This document shows positions 27,593 through 41,917 of a stretch of DNA of 64,000 bases, piece by piece. Below the pieces are notes generated by a model that was given only the letters and a program-made list of their open reading frames with translations, had not been told where the DNA came from and made no database searches. Origin of the DNA: Eledone cirrhosa. Lineage: Eukaryota. The stretch's first letter is position 1. Each line of letters starts with the position of its first letter. Where the stretch lies: positions 273,048,001 through 273,112,000 of the forward strand of contig OZ024742.1 in the NCBI GenBank assembly GCA_964016885.1, written 5' to 3'. The translations under genes and the position numbers were made by a program.

Positions 27593-27804
27593 ACATACAT
27601 GATTGCGAAAGCCTGAAAGTACCTGTTCAATTAACACTTAACATTTAATATTCTACCATAATATTTCATTCTAATACCATTATAAATTTTAAAGGATTGT
27701 AAATAAAACGAGTAAATCAGACAAAGTTGGAATACCTTTTAATAATATAATCTTCTATACACAAACATACACACCCGTGTATATTTATCTATATATATAT
27801 ATAC

Positions 27805-27844
<40 letters not shown>

Positions 27845-29214
27845 TTACACACACACACACATATAAAAAAAATATATATATACTCACACATATATGTGTG
27901 TGTACATGTATGTGCGAATGTGTGAGTGTGTAGAGGATAATTCTATACTTGGAATCGGATATGACTGGGAAAGCAATAAGCAACATCAGATGGAAAGAGA
28001 ATTTATTTTCTCTCTGTATGTCTACTGTTATATAATTCGCGGTGTGCTGAAGGGATATATGATCATTATGGATAATAGATGTTTCACTAAATTAAGGCAA
28101 TCTGGTGTATTGCATAACGACACATTAGAATGACCTGTACATAATGTTTTAATACGTTCCAAATTATGAATTGTCAATTTTTTAAAGTGGTCTTTAAGAT
28201 ATCATAATAAAAATATGAACTATTTTCGGCAGCGGCGTATAAGATGTATACATTGATACGGCTTAGAAACATATGTATTCCCATCATATTACGATGATAT
28301 ATATGTATATATATAAGTGTTTGTGTGTGTGCGTGTGTGCGTATGTGTGTGTATATGCGTGTGTGTGTGTCTGTATAGAGAGAGATAGAAAGGAAATTAG
28401 AGACAGAATAGAGTGCTATCTGCAATATATTTATAGGAAAAGAAAGAAAAGAGAGAGGGAGAGAGAAATGCATACAGATGTGTGCACGCCCACACACACA
28501 CTCTCACACACACACTCAGACACACACACACATGTACATCAACACACACACTAACATATTTATGTCATCATATTCATGTTAGACATTATATATATTAAAC
28601 CAACGACCTGTTCGCAAGTGTAAATTTAAAGGAAATTGATTCTCTTCGTATACTGTTGCTTAAACTTCAATTAGAACGTTGTGACACTTTCTGGGATTTG
28701 TATCATATGTATATATTTATTTTAAAACTAGCACTTAATTTTTATACCTCTGTATCTGTAACTTATTATGTCTATGGTGATGATGGTGATGGTTGTGAGT
28801 ATAATGGTGATGGTGACGAAGATGATAAGGAGGAGGAAGTGGATCATTACGATGATATCGTAGATAGTGTCTTTCGGTTTCAGCGATGAATATTAAGTTT
28901 GTCGACAACCATAAGGTCAACCACTGGACTTATCGTGTAAGTATTTGAGCATTACACATACACAAGTACCAATAATTGAATTGCGAATCCGAATCAGCGT
29001 GATTCAATAGGTGATAGGGTTATATGACGTTCACCTTCGTAATACAATTATATCTGATAAGAATGCATGTTTTCTGTAATGTCTAATAAGATGAGCCCGT
29101 GCGTATTAAGTCTCCCATTCTATTGCTGAAGTTTTCGTGGATCAAGATATCAGTATAATAATTTTCATAACAATTTTCATAGAAGATTTTCATCCCTTAA
29201 ACAGTATATTGTGT

Positions 29215-29276
29215 GTGCAAATCGAATGTACTTTGAAGTGGTTATATATAATCAGTGTAGTACATTCGATTTGCAC
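29215..29276. other. 62-nt hairpin
   Basis: GTGCAAATCGAATGTACT / AGTACATTCGATTTGCAC perfect 18-bp inverted repeat. Confidence 0.85.
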
Positions 29277-29479
29277 TAATACATTGGCTGTTATATATAT
29301 CTAACTACGCACAAAAGGGAACAACTAATTAAAGGAAAATTAATGATTTTAATGATTTTAATGATTTTAATTAAGCATACAGTATATTGTCAAATATACT
29401 ATATATACATTCATGTATACATCGCTATTTCAGAGCACCAATTCTAATTATATATATATATATAAGGAAGTGGCTCTCA

Positions 29480-30110
29480 TTGACACGTGTTCCTTGGTCC
29501 GTGAGCGTACCTTCTTTATGGCACTTCCAATATAGGAAGAAACCTTTTTTGCGCGTGAGATAGCCCGCATATTTTCTCAGGCAAACTTCTACGTTGTTGA
29601 AGGACAATTAGAAAGCATGCATATATCGTTGTTTTTTGGTTGATGTCTGCGGATTAGTCTCCTCAATGAGGGTCCAAAGTGTGCCAGCCACATATTCTAT
29701 TCTTCCCTACGGATGGTAGGATATGTTATCCTTAGCGGCACGTGTCCACCTAGTTCATTTACGTCTTGCAGCCTTGGCATTTCGGCGTTTGGTGAGTGAA
29801 ATAGTGTGGACGTTTTCTGTGAGAACTCTTTGAAATTCTTCCGCACAGATATGTCTGTCGCTACTCTCGCTGCATATGTTGCCTATGCGGGACAGATCAT
29901 TCCGTGTCTAAACCACTCTGGCTCTGTAGAGAGCGGAGGTCAGGTGTATAATAAATTTTGGATTTTATGTATCCCTCTTCTATGACTCTTTGTGGGATGT
30001 CGAGTGGAGGTCAACTAGGGAAGTGTTTATCCAACAGGAGTGAGAATGCCTTGGAATGGATTGGATTGTTGCCTGAATGGTGGATAGTAATCACTAAAGA
30101 ATGAGTCCTT
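29480..30110 (-). mobile_element. Decayed PLE remnant (linker + GIY-YIG)
   Basis: Manual minus-strand translation gives YYPPF, LLLDKHFP and SSYIGSAIKKVRSRTKEH in broken frames. Confidence 0.6.
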
Positions 30111-30221
30111 GATACATAAACAGAGGTTAATGCGTTATGTTATGTAAAACAAATGATAAACTGGTATGATCTCTCTAGGTAATCAGTGATGACCTTGTGC
30201 CTGAATCAGAAAACGTTATAC

Positions 30222-30612
30222 CGTAGATTAACAGTAACAGTAGAGGATCGGATAACATATTTTCCGGGATATAGTTACGTCGTTGTACGTTCTGATTTCA
30301 AATATCGCCGAGGTTAGCTTTGTCTTCAACCTATACGGGTGTCGATAAAATAAAGTACCAGTAATGTACTGAGTAATTGCTGGCCTTGTGCCAAAAGTAG
30401 AAACAATTATAATTGAAGTACGGTGGATTGGCAATATTGGTAGATGGTCGGACGCCATGATTTGCAGCAAAGAGTTACGACCCTTATGGTCTGAGTTCAA
30501 ATCCCGCCGAGGTTAACTTTGCCTTTCATCCTTACGGGGTCGATAAAATAAAGTACCAGTAATGCACTGAGTAACTGCTGGCCTTGTATCAAAAGTAGAA
30601 ACAATTATAATT
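30222..30612 (+). mobile_element. Two tandem SINE copies
   Basis: Consensus body ending GGCCTTGT(G/A)(C/T)CAAAAGTAGAAACAATTATAATT twice. Confidence 0.9.
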
Positions 30613-31752
30613 AAAATAAGGTATGCTCTTTTTCCTGTTGTGATTTCCGGTATACGCATTAAGTATTAGCACTTCTGTTTAATTTTGTTTTGATGTAGGG
30701 ACATAAGGAGGCACATTATTTTATGAAGACGTTGAACTAATGGAAATAATTTTAAATAATTTGCGATCTTTCTAACATACATGCTCATACTCCCACATGC
30801 ATCAATGCATCAAAAACACGTGAGTACATGCAAGCGCAGATATAGGCATTAACACCTACACTTGTTAATACAATCAGTGATATGACTAATTCCAACTCAG
30901 CGAAGGAAAATACCTTAATTACTATATGATATTTATATTTATCGGACACACAAATTACATGTATGCACACAGACATTTACACATACACACACGCGCATGC
31001 AAACAAAAATAAACACGGGTGTACGCGAAAACACGTGTTGTAGAGAAAATTACAGTACTTACAATAGAATTTAACAAAAAGAAGTTCAATAAATTTCAAA
31101 ATAATAGAAAATCTATAAATAACTCTGTCTAATATATTAGTAAACGTGTCTACTTTTGGAAGAGCTATGCAAACAGGTCGTTACCGGAAATAAATTGTTT
31201 GATAAAAATAAATTGTCTAAGCAAGGAGAGTAGGAAACAGATGAAAAACGAACTAAATACACAGCTCAATCTCTCTCTCTCTATCTATCTATCTCTCTTT
31301 CTCTCACTCCCCACCCCTCTCTCTTTCTCATTCGCTCTGTTTGTAATTGAGCTACAATGGATAATTAAATCCAACTGAACGTCGAATGATATATTTCACA
31401 CAGCTTGTGGCCACGAAAGAACGTGATAATGTGACATTTTCTTTAATAAACAACTGGAACTGATTTGTGGGAAATATATCGTCCGTCTTCCTAATATAAA
31501 TGCTTAAAAATAATGAAGTAACAAAAAGAAAACCAATATAAAGTCTAAATGAAAACGTCAAGTACAATAGTTTGAAATATGTGGAAAAAATGCTGACGTT
31601 TGAATCTTTAAATTAACACATACAAAATATACTTAGAAGGCCCCGTGGTACATTCCCAAGAATAACGTAATGATACAACAATTAACGTGGAGAAAACGTG
31701 ACGTACTTTTGTCAGAATAAAATATAGAATAACTGGAACAATTACATTTAAT

Positions 31753-31880
31753 AATAATTGTTTCTACTTGTGGCACAAGGCCAGCAATTAACCAGTACAT
31801 TACCGGTACTTTATTTTATCGACCCCGTAACGATGAAACGCAAAGTTAACGTCGACGGGATTTGAACTCAAACCGTAAAT
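31753..31880 (-). mobile_element. 5'-truncated SINE
   Basis: Reverse complement of SINE B-box, body and tail; adjacent TAA repeats. Confidence 0.85.
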
Positions 31881-32265
31881 ACTACTAAGAATATTTCAAA
31901 TAAAAACATATTGCGAAACCGAATAATAGCAAACTGTTTTAAATGGAATACAAAATAGCTGAAATAAAATGTAAACATTTGAATAAATAAAGAAATTTAG
32001 AAAATAAATCATTGTAGAACTAATGTTTGTGTTCTGTTCTTGACGCCAAATTTTCTGTAGAAATATTGTTGAAAATATTGACATTTTAGTGGGTGTGAAC
32101 TCCATATAACGTAAATAATTAACACGAAGGTTAATTATACATTTAAAAATATAAAGTCCATTCATTGTGATGGAAGTTTTCCTATATAGATGTAATATAA
32201 TTTAATATAAATATAAGCATAGTTGAATTATGATTACAAGTTTTAAGTCATAGTAGTAAATATTG

Positions 32266-32464
32266 GTTTCTTATAAAGGCATAAGACCATTAAATCGATT
32301 AAATCGACCCCAGCGCGTAACTGGTACTTTATTTTATCAACGTCGTAAGGATGAAAGGCAAAGTTAACATCGGTGGGATTTGAACTTAGATCATAAAGGG
32401 CCGTAACTCTATGTTGCAAAGCATGGCGTCCGACCCTCTACCGATACTGCCAATCCACCGCCCT
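32266..32464 (-). mobile_element. SINE with variant 3' segment
   Basis: Full head and body, but the tail reads GTACCAGTTACGCGCTGGGGTCGATTTAATCGAT on the minus strand. Confidence 0.85.
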
Positions 32465-34399
32465 AATAGTAGTGAATATTAGTAAATATTTCAATAACTT
32501 TTCATTCGAAAACTTTACTTTTAAAAAGGCAAAACATTGACAATATATATCCCACACTTGATATGGAAGAATACAATGGTAACTGTTATAAACATGCACA
32601 TATGAGAAGAAGAAGAAGAAAATATTCATGTGCAGCATATTGGCTTTCTGTATGACGTAAACTTTTAAAATGGATGCATAGACATTTCTAGACAAACCGT
32701 GTAGATGCGTTATTTCAAACGACTAATTGACATTTTGGAATATGCAGCTATTGCTAATTTCACAGTAAAAATTCAACGGCTAGAACAATTAAATATGTGT
32801 ATATACGCATGCCATGATATATGCAGCTGGGATTTTGCAATCATTAAATTGAAGAGTACATATGCACTTTACGTGCAGTCATTTAATCTGAGTCCCGTGT
32901 GATTACTTGCTATAACAACTTTGGAGTTAACAGCTATACTAGAGAACTCTGACTTGGAATAGCAGAGATACTCATGAGTTAACAAGTGGTTTGATTTAGG
33001 CTGCTGCAGTGTGCGTTTGTGCACTTTTAATGCGATAGAGAAATATTGCCATATAAAGATGAAGTCACATTGACATTCTTTACGTCTTAAAACTCGTGAT
33101 ATTTGTTTGCACCAATAAAAGATTGGGGATGACATTTACAGACTTCTATACTGAACGAAGATTTGAAGCATGTGGCTCTCGTTTCTCATCAGGTTTGTAA
33201 AAGCAGTGAGATACTACATTGCACTATCATTTAACCAAAGCCACTAACTCACTTTGCAATGGGAGTCAGCTCTGCAAAGGAGTTGAATGTTCCTTTCCTA
33301 TTAAGTTATTAATTATAGCTTGGGGTAATGTGGTTTCCTAAACGTACGTGCATTTTCCCCATTAGTAATTTTATATGGTAAGCATCTCACGATTTGTGGT
33401 CTAAAGTATTTTCATAAAATCAATTGCAGTCAGTCGTTGCAATGAATAGCTGTATGCAAAATTCGTTGATGCTTCCAAAGAAGTTCTATTCAAATCTTAG
33501 CTAAGCATCGCCATTTACATTGATGGGATCTTCCAAATGATCGTCTGTGCATACCCGTGATATTTTTGGAGATGTGCTCCTGATGGGGATGTTCAGGATA
33601 AATAATAAACAAGATCTGTGAGCTGAGCCTTGAAGCAACTCCACATAGAAGCATAGAATTGTATGTATTTTTTATTTCTTTTACACATGATCCGTCATGA
33701 TATAAGAGTAGCTCTTATCCATCATCCCTGTTCTAATATCAAAGAATGTCTATCATGAAAAAACCATTGTTGGTGCAATTAAAAGTGTTTTCTGTTACCT
33801 ATTAACTGTTTTCTAAATATTTGAACAAAATATTGTCCAGGTTAATTAATACGAAATAAACGAGGACTACTGTTACATATCGTGAGTGTGTTACAATATT
33901 TGTGACCGGTGTCACGTTAATGATTCTATTGTTTGAGCCAAGTTCGATTCAGAGAAAGGGATCAAATTATTATCTAATGTCCCATAAGCGCATCACCACT
34001 CAGTTTTAAGTCATTTAAGCAATGCACACATACATTGTTTTCCGCCACATTTTGCAGTCTCAGTTTCAGTGTTATATTCACGCCAGTCACCAATCTGGTA
34101 ATTTGTCAATCCTGCTAAGACTAGGCTTTTCTAGAGGCGGCCTTTGTTTCTCTCACCATAGTGCGACACTGGTTTGTGGGATTTTTCTTATGAGATATGG
34201 GTGACATATAATGCATCATTTCCCTTTGTAGTTTACCGCTGTTGGTCCGGGGTTAACATTCGTTTGCCAGTTGTTCACTTATATCGCAACAAGCCTTCAT
34301 ACATGGTGACCGTATCGCTATTCGCCACCCGCGGCCCGTTCTCTAGCGGAAGATCTATGCTGAGCATGTGGTTTGAATGTCTAAGTAAAGAGACGCTGG

Positions 34400-34632
34400 A
34401 CAGATTTTACTGACAAAACCAACCAGGAGAAGACAGAGGGGTAGACTTCCAGCAAGGTGATTGGATAACATCCATGGCTACTCTCGATGGGGGATCTAGC
34501 CGGATCAGCTGGAGACGATAGCTTCTGACAGGGCCCGCTGGAAGGAGTGTTTGAGGTCTCCGTCCCCATGACCCTCCCATGAAAAATTGGGCGATAAAAA
34601 TTAAGAAAAGTGGGTGAGGAGGAGAAGAAGAA
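34400..34632 (+). mobile_element. RTE-like LINE 3' end
   Basis: KPTRRRQRGRLPAR*LDNI-like translation followed by purine-rich GAG/AAG tail. Confidence 0.5.
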
Positions 34633-34680
34633 AATAATAATAATAATTATTATTATTATAATATTAATAATAATAATAAT

Positions 34681-36760
34681 GATTTCTTTATTAACCACAA
34701 GGGTTTACATAAAGTAGACATTAAAGACAGTACAGGACAATACAGGACGGTACAAATGGGTATTTCTGCGTGTAAAAAAAAAACCAGAGGATGTAACAAA
34801 AAAATAACAATGAAAAAATTCCCCAATAGGGGGGAGACTTCCGAGGGACATTGGAGAAAGCCCATTAAAAGCCACAGTGACCCTGACCACAAGGGCAAGT
34901 GCCCTCTCCCAGTTTTACACCTTTAATTTAGAGGCACATACTCACTCGGGCCATACTTGCTTCTCTCACCCATCTTTCAACAAAATGCTGGGAAGAGACA
35001 ACTTTCCTCTCTTGTTATTGGTTTGTTTCTGTTTCGCTTTTTGGTGACTTTTGTGGTGTTGGTGATGGTGGTGTTGGGGTTAATGATGGTGATGGTGTTG
35101 GTGATTGTGGTGATGGGGTTGGTGATGCTGGTGTGGATGGAGGCATAGATGTCCTTACGGTTTTTTTTGATAGTTTGTTTGTTTCCTATTGTATTTTATT
35201 TTTAAAGGGAGAAGGAAGAGTATTTTTTTTTCTTTTTTGGCTTCTTGTTTTCTTTTTTCATTTACCCCTGCCACTCCTCGTCGTCACAATCTGTTTCCAG
35301 TTGCGATAGGTCGGGGAGTGGAAAATCCTCCACAGGCGTTGGTTTTGGTTGTGGCGTGGTGCTAGTTCTGGCGCGTTGGGTGGTGGTGGTGTCGGTTTTG
35401 CTACTGTTGCTCGGGTTGTTGCTGTTACAGTTGCTTATGTTGTTGCTGCCATTTCTGCTGCTGGTGATGTTGATGGTTCTGTCACTGGAGTGAGTAAGAG
35501 AGGTGGCCTCAACTTTTTAGCCTGAAGGCAGAAAGCCCTTAGGTGGGTTCCTTCAGCGCAAACGACACACCTAGCCCTTCTGCTCTCGACGATTACGATG
35601 AGGTGGCTGCCGTCAGTGTGGTCTATTACCTCTGGGATCTCCACAATGCTTTTTTGGTCCGCTTGGATCAGGAGCTCCATCCCAGATCCGGACCAGTTCT
35701 CCTGCTTTTCTTTCGCTATTTCGATTATCTTGGTGTTGGCCTCGATACCGGCGAAGACAGCAGCCATTAGCCAGGGAATTTCGATGGCCGTTTAAACGTG
35801 GGTCACCCTGATATTCACGAATCTCTGGCCACAATAGCTTGGGACGAGTGTGAAGTCGTCTCTGGTCTCCTGTGGTATTCCAAAGAACGCCTCCACGGTT
35901 CCATATTTCTGCCCACGTCTGATGTGGGGTTTTTTTGCCCACACATGTCCCGAAGTTTTTTGGATTTGGGACACGGATGCTCGTTCCACTCGGCGCGTTT
36001 TATGTTAATCGTCCGATATGACAGCGGTGCTCCATTTTATTAGGTGGGGGGTGAGGCTGACCCTGTATCCATCTTTCTTTACCATTCTCTTGGTATCATC
36101 TAATTCCTCCTGAGTTACCTGGATTGCTACGCACTTTTTTTGCTAATCTGGTAAAAGACAGGGTGGTTTTCTTATTCTCATTGTTGTTGTTGCCGTTGTT
36201 GTTATCATTATGTTTATTATTGTTATTTTTAATTTCAATTGTGGTGGTGGTGGCGTCAATGGTGTTCGGTGTGGAAGAGTCCATTCTGGGTGAATCCATT
36301 TCGATGTCACGAGATAATTTTTTTTCTTTTGTTTCTGTTGTCGCTGTGGTGGTGGTGGTGGGGGTGGCGGCTTTAATACATGCAGCCATTGGTAATGACG
36401 GGAAATGTAAGTCTGCTCTGCTTGAGACAAATTTAAATTATTGCTACTGCTTATATTTTTAGTGTTGACAAACGTAGTAATATTTACAATGGTGGTGTCG
36501 GTGTGAGGTGTTAGTTTGTCAGGAAGGTGTGGCTGTGAGTCGTCCATGATTTTTCGAAATATTTTTGGCTTTGATAATTATAAAAGTTTAATTTTGGGCT
36601 CAAGGCCCCAATCTTTTTGAGTGTCCTTTTCCGAAAGCAAATTTTGTGAGCTTATAAATAGTTAACAACAAAAATTTTCCATAAATGGCAATTTTAAACT
36701 AACGAAAACAACAAACCTTTGCGGAGCCCACGATGATAAGATTTCCCTACGTAAGTCGCC
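34681..36760 (-). mobile_element. Tx1 copy B, internally deleted (5' UTR + ORF1 + 3' end)
   Basis: Both termini match copy D; ORF1 CVVCAEGTHLRAFC present; ORF2 absent except the last few codons (junction ~35010). Confidence 0.88.
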
Positions 36761-36767
36761 AATAATA

Positions 36768-36833
<66 letters not shown>
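36761..36833. repeat. (AAT)n spacer between tandem Tx1 copies
   Basis: Directly visible. Confidence 0.95.
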
Positions 36834-36834
<1 letters not shown>

Positions 36835-39800
36835 CTTTCTTTATTAACCACAAGGGTTTCCATGAGGTGGACATTAAGGACAGTACAGGACAATACAGGA
36901 CGGTACAAATGGGCATTTCTGCGTGTAAAAAAAACAGGATGAAATAAAAAAAATAACAATGAAAAATTCCCCAATAGTAGGGAATCTTCCGACGGACATT
37001 TGTGGAGAAAGCCCATTAAAAGGCCACAGTGACCCTGACCACCAGGGCAAGTGCCTTCTCACAGTTTTCCACCTTTAATTTACTCGGGCCATACTTGCAT
37101 CTCTCACCCATCTTTCAACAAAATGCTGGGAAGAGAGCACTTCCCTCTCTACCCTGATTTTCCTTTTCAAATGAAATTTGAAAAAGTTAATCAGGGCATC
37201 ACCGAAGAGGTAATTGCTTGTCTTCAGCCCTTTCAAAAGTTTCCACCATACTCTCTCTTTCGCCATGGCCTCCAGACAGATACAAACTGCCTATCCTTCC
37301 CGGCTAAAGGAAGAGGGCGGGGCAATCCTCACGAAGGACTCAGCTGATAGCTGGATCCGTCCTACACGTGACAGCGGGTGTTCGACATAAACCCACAAGT
37401 CAGCAATGCTCGGACACTGGACGAGTGCGTGCAGGACGGTTTCATTGCCTTGGGCGCATCTCGGACATGCCCGGCTGACGGCACCTCCATGCCTGTAGAG
37501 TTTATCCCGAACTGGCAAAGCTCCTCGGTAGCACTGCCAGGCCAGGGATTTTCGTCGACGCCTAGAGTTTCTCCAAGCACGTCGTCGTTCTTCCCCTCCA
37601 CTAATCCTCTATAGAACGCCAAGGTGGAGTTTCCACCGATCACATGGCCCGATTGGTCGAGGGCTGTGAGCGCCTGAAAACATTCCAGTCTCCAAGCGCT
37701 CCCTCTCGGTCTTCGCTTGACCCAGGACTGCAGCTCCGTCAAGGAGACGAGCTGAGGAAAGACGTGTCTAGCAAACGGCGACAACACCTGATCACCGTCG
37801 AGGAAGAGGTGGAGATGTCGTAGCCTGGGCGCGTGTCTGCGCATCATCAGCCACGGCATGCCCAGCCCTCCACGTAGCGGGTGTTGACAGCAGTTGGACC
37901 GCCTGACCATCGGAGCGCGTACCTTCCACTAAAAACGAAAGAGCAAACACTCCAGCGCTGTCAGGCGGGGCTTAGGACAAGGTACGACGGTCAGGCGGTA
38001 GTAGATGTACGCGTTAGCCACTTTCGTTCGACCTTTCAGGGATAGCTTCCAGTCCGCCCATTTCTGGTTGAGAGAAGTCACCCTGCTCGTCACCTCGTCT
38101 CAGTTTTTGTCCGTCTGGAGGTCCGGACAGTACCAATCACCGAGCAATTTAACCGGTCCGTCCGTCCAGCACCCGACGACGCTGTTGGACGGCATGGACC
38201 TGCCTCTCCAGGTGCTGAGCTGCAGGCCCACTGACTTTTCCTGGTTGATCATTGCTCCTGTCACCGCTTCGTATTCTCTTAGTGTAGTGCCGATCGCCTC
38301 GATGTGTTTGGCGTTCGACACCACTACGGTGACATCGTCCGCATATGCTGACACGGATCTTCCACATTCTAGTTCGCGCGGGACCCTCCTCAACGTCTCC
38401 AGTGTGTGCAGTAATTGCTCGAGAGTCAATACGTACAAGAGGGACGAGAGCCGACATCCTTGGCGGACCGAGCTCATCATGTTGAACGGTTCCGAAACGT
38501 GACCGTTCACTCACACCACAGAGCAGATGTCGCTGTGAATGGCAGCGATCAAGCCTCTGAAGACGGTCCCAATGCCAGCCGCCCTCAGGACTGCCGCTAG
38601 GTAACGATGGTCGACCCTATCGAAAGCTTTCGACTGATCTAAATTGATCAAGGACCCACCCGTGCCAGGTTCCCTAGCTACCCTCTCTACGATGTATCGA
38701 ATGAGGTGGAGGTTGTCGTGGATGGATCTGTCGGGAGAGGCGCACGTCTGCGCCTCTGCCACCAGACCACCAACGACAAGCGCCAACCTCTTTGCTAGCA
38801 AATTGGCCAAAATCTTGAACTCTGTGTTTAGCAGAGTTATGGGCCTGAAATTATCTGTTATCCCCCTTGTCCGGATCCTTTCTCAGCAGCGCCACAGCTC
38901 CTCGGCTCACAGAGCTGGGAATTCTCCCGTTATGTTGCCAGTTGCAGTAGACGTCCGCCAAGAGGCCTGCGAACAAGTCTGGCATCTGTACGTAAAGTTC
39001 ATAGGGCAGACCATCCAAACCAAGCGATTTAACCCTTCTACAGCAAGTCATTGCCTCCCGTACTTAAGCGGCTGTTATCGGCTTTTCGCAACACTCCGCC
39101 TCAGTGGACGAGAGCCGCGGCAGTCCGTCGAGGTAGACACTAAAGTCCATCCCTCGATCCGGCCCGCCGCTGCCCCTGAACAGCTGTGCGAAGTGTCGCT
39201 GAAAAGCTTCACACATTTTCCCGATATCGAGTAGCATGCGCCCGTCGTCGTCCACCAAAGACCGTATCGTGGCTTTGTTGACACGAGGCGCCTCCGCCAC
39301 TCGGGCCCATTGAACGGCTTTCGTCCCCTCGTGACTGAGAGCACGCACCCTAGCTCTGACAACGCAGCCTTCGTGCTTTGCATTGAAGAATTGATCAAGG
39401 GCCAATTTCGCCGCAAGTACGTCGCTTTGCTAAGCACCTCGTCTAATTTTCTAACTAATTCTCCCTCTGCTCTATTTTTCTAATAAACCTAATGGACTCT
39501 ATTCTAATTGCTCTTTTCAGAGCAAACCTACACTTGTTGACGATGGCCCCCGTCAACGCCCGCTTAACTAGTTCGCTAATCCGGTCTCTGTAGGCCTTGC
39601 GCGCTGGTAAAGAAGCGTTTAGCTTCCAGTAGCAGGATCCTCGATAACGAATTTGTGGTCCGTGTAGCTGACTATCTTGAATTGTGGACAGCCCATGCTA
39701 GTCCTATCTATTTCCCTACAACATACTCTATGTAGATATGATCTGGATCACCCGATGCGGTTTGTCCAATTCCACATTGGCATATACGGGAAATCCAATC

Positions 39801-41698
39801 GGTATCTGTCGTCAGTCCAAAACGCCTGGGCAGGTTGGTGAGGCTCTTGCACCCTCCTCCCATATTCGTTAATCCCACACAGTCCTAGCGTGCATCTAAG
39901 AACCCGTTCCAGTCGCCCACTAACACTAAATAGCGGGACGTTCCAAGAAAAGTCTCCAGACACCGGAAGAAATTAGACCGCCATGCTCCTGTCGGGGCAT
40001 GGACGGCCACTAGCCTGAAAGCTTGCCCGTCTCAGCTGGTTACGAGCAGCACCACCAACTTACCTTCTGGGTCCAGGAAGATGGTCCGTATGGCGAGATC
40101 CAAGCCTCTCCGAAAAAGCACAGCAACCCCTAGTCCCAATCCAGGACGGCTGGGAGATGCGTGTACATCGTAGCCGCCGAAGATCGGTGCGAAGGCCCGT
40201 GCTTCGGAGATTCTGGTCTCGCTGATGGCCACTACATCTATGTTTAGTGACTTGGCCCTGCTTACATGACGACCCCAAGCCATGTGCATATATGCTGCCT
40301 ATTCTGAGCGAGGTCATGTTGAAAGGGAGTGGAAAAGATGGGAAAGACCACCTACCTTACTTCTCTTAGGGGAAGGATGGTTTCTCCATCATTTTCACTG
40401 CTTGTGGCCTCCTCACGAAGGATGTCCTTATAAATCCTCCTGGAGAGTGCTTGTCGGAATTCTCCGATGTCTTTGGTGTATTATTGTTTTAGTGTCGTGT
40501 ACGTTTTCTGTGTGATGCGAGTGATTTGTATGTGTGGAGGTGGTGTGAACTTTTGGGGTGTTGTGTAGTCTTATTCTGTGATTCTGGTGTTGTGTTGCAT
40601 GTAGTGTAATAATTGGTTGTTGTTCAAATGTAATGCTGTGTAGTGTGTATCGGTTTGGTTCTTTTGTTTTGTTCGCGTTTGCTGTGGGTGTCTCTGTTTC
40701 GCTTTTTGGTGGTGACTTTTGTGGTGTTGGTGATGGTGGTGTTGGGGTTAATGATGGTGATGGTGTTGGTGTTTTTGGTGATGGGGTTGGTAATGCTGGT
40801 GTGGATGGTGGCATAGCTGTCCTAACTTTTTTGCTTGATAGTTTATATGTTTCCATCTGTATTTTTTTTGGGGGGGGGGGGGGGGTGGAAGGAAGGGTTT
40901 TTTTTCCTTTTTGGGCTTCTTTGTCTTTTTTTCTTTTTTCCTGATACAGTTTCCCACTCCTCGTTGTCACAATCTGTCTCCAGTTGCGATAGGTCGGAGA
41001 GTGGAAAATCCTCCACAGGCGTTGGTTTAGGTTGTGGCGTGGTGGATGGGGGAGGCGCTGGTGCTAGTTCTGGCGCGGTGGGTGGTGATGTTGGTTTTGC
41101 TACTGTTGCTGGGGTTGTTGCTGCTACAGTGATTGCTGCCATTTCTGCTGCTGGTGGTGTTTATGGTTGTGTCACTGGGGTGGGTAAGATCGGTGGCTTC
41201 AACTTTTTCGCCTGAGGGCAGAAAGCCTTTTGGTGTGTTTCTTCACCACAAACGACACACCTAGGCCTTCTACCCTCCACGATTACGGTGAGGTGGCGGC
41301 CGTCAGTGAGGTCTATTACCTCTGGGATTTTCTCAATGCTTTTTTGGTCCGCTTGGATCAGGAGCTCCATCCCAGATCCGGACCAGTTCTCCTGCTTTTC
41401 CTTTGACATTTCAATTATTTTGGTGTTGGCCTCAATGCCGGATAGGACGGCAGCCATTAGTCAGGGAATTTCGATGGCCGGCGGAACATGCGTCACCCTG
41501 ATCTTCACGACGTCTGGCCACAATAACTTGGAACGAGTGTGAAGTCGTCGCTTCTTAATGGGGCCATGGAGTGCACTCTGGCCTCCTGTGGTGTTCCAAA
41601 GAACACGTCCACGGTTCCATATTTCTGCCCACGTCTGATGTGGGTGCTTTTCGCCCACACATGTCCCAAAGCTTTTTGGGATTTGGGACTCGGATGCC
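36834..41698 (-). mobile_element. Tx1 copy C, 5'-truncated within ORF1
   Basis: CVVCGEETHQKAFC; DVVAISETR; LDGLPYELY; LDQSKAFDRVDH; VRQGC; AYADDV; CPRCAQGNETVLHALVQC. Confidence 0.92.
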
Positions 41699-41824
41699 AT
41701 AAATAAAGAGGTCTCATATGGGTTTATTAGGACTGTTTAATTTGAGTTATATATCGGATACATTCTGATGTGGAAATCAGTATAAATGATTTTCATTAAT
41801 GTTTATACCACCACACACAGACAT

Positions 41825-41917
<93 letters not shown>

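Noticed and set aside
28656-28889. Acidic 77-aa ORF
   Set aside because: Derived from degenerate (GAT/GGT)n repeats; no splice or domain evidence.
33505-33600. IYIDGIF (MULE-like) on plus strand and SRVCTDDH (THAP-like) on minus strand
   Set aside because: Short motifs surrounded by stops with no other family residues; compatible with chance.
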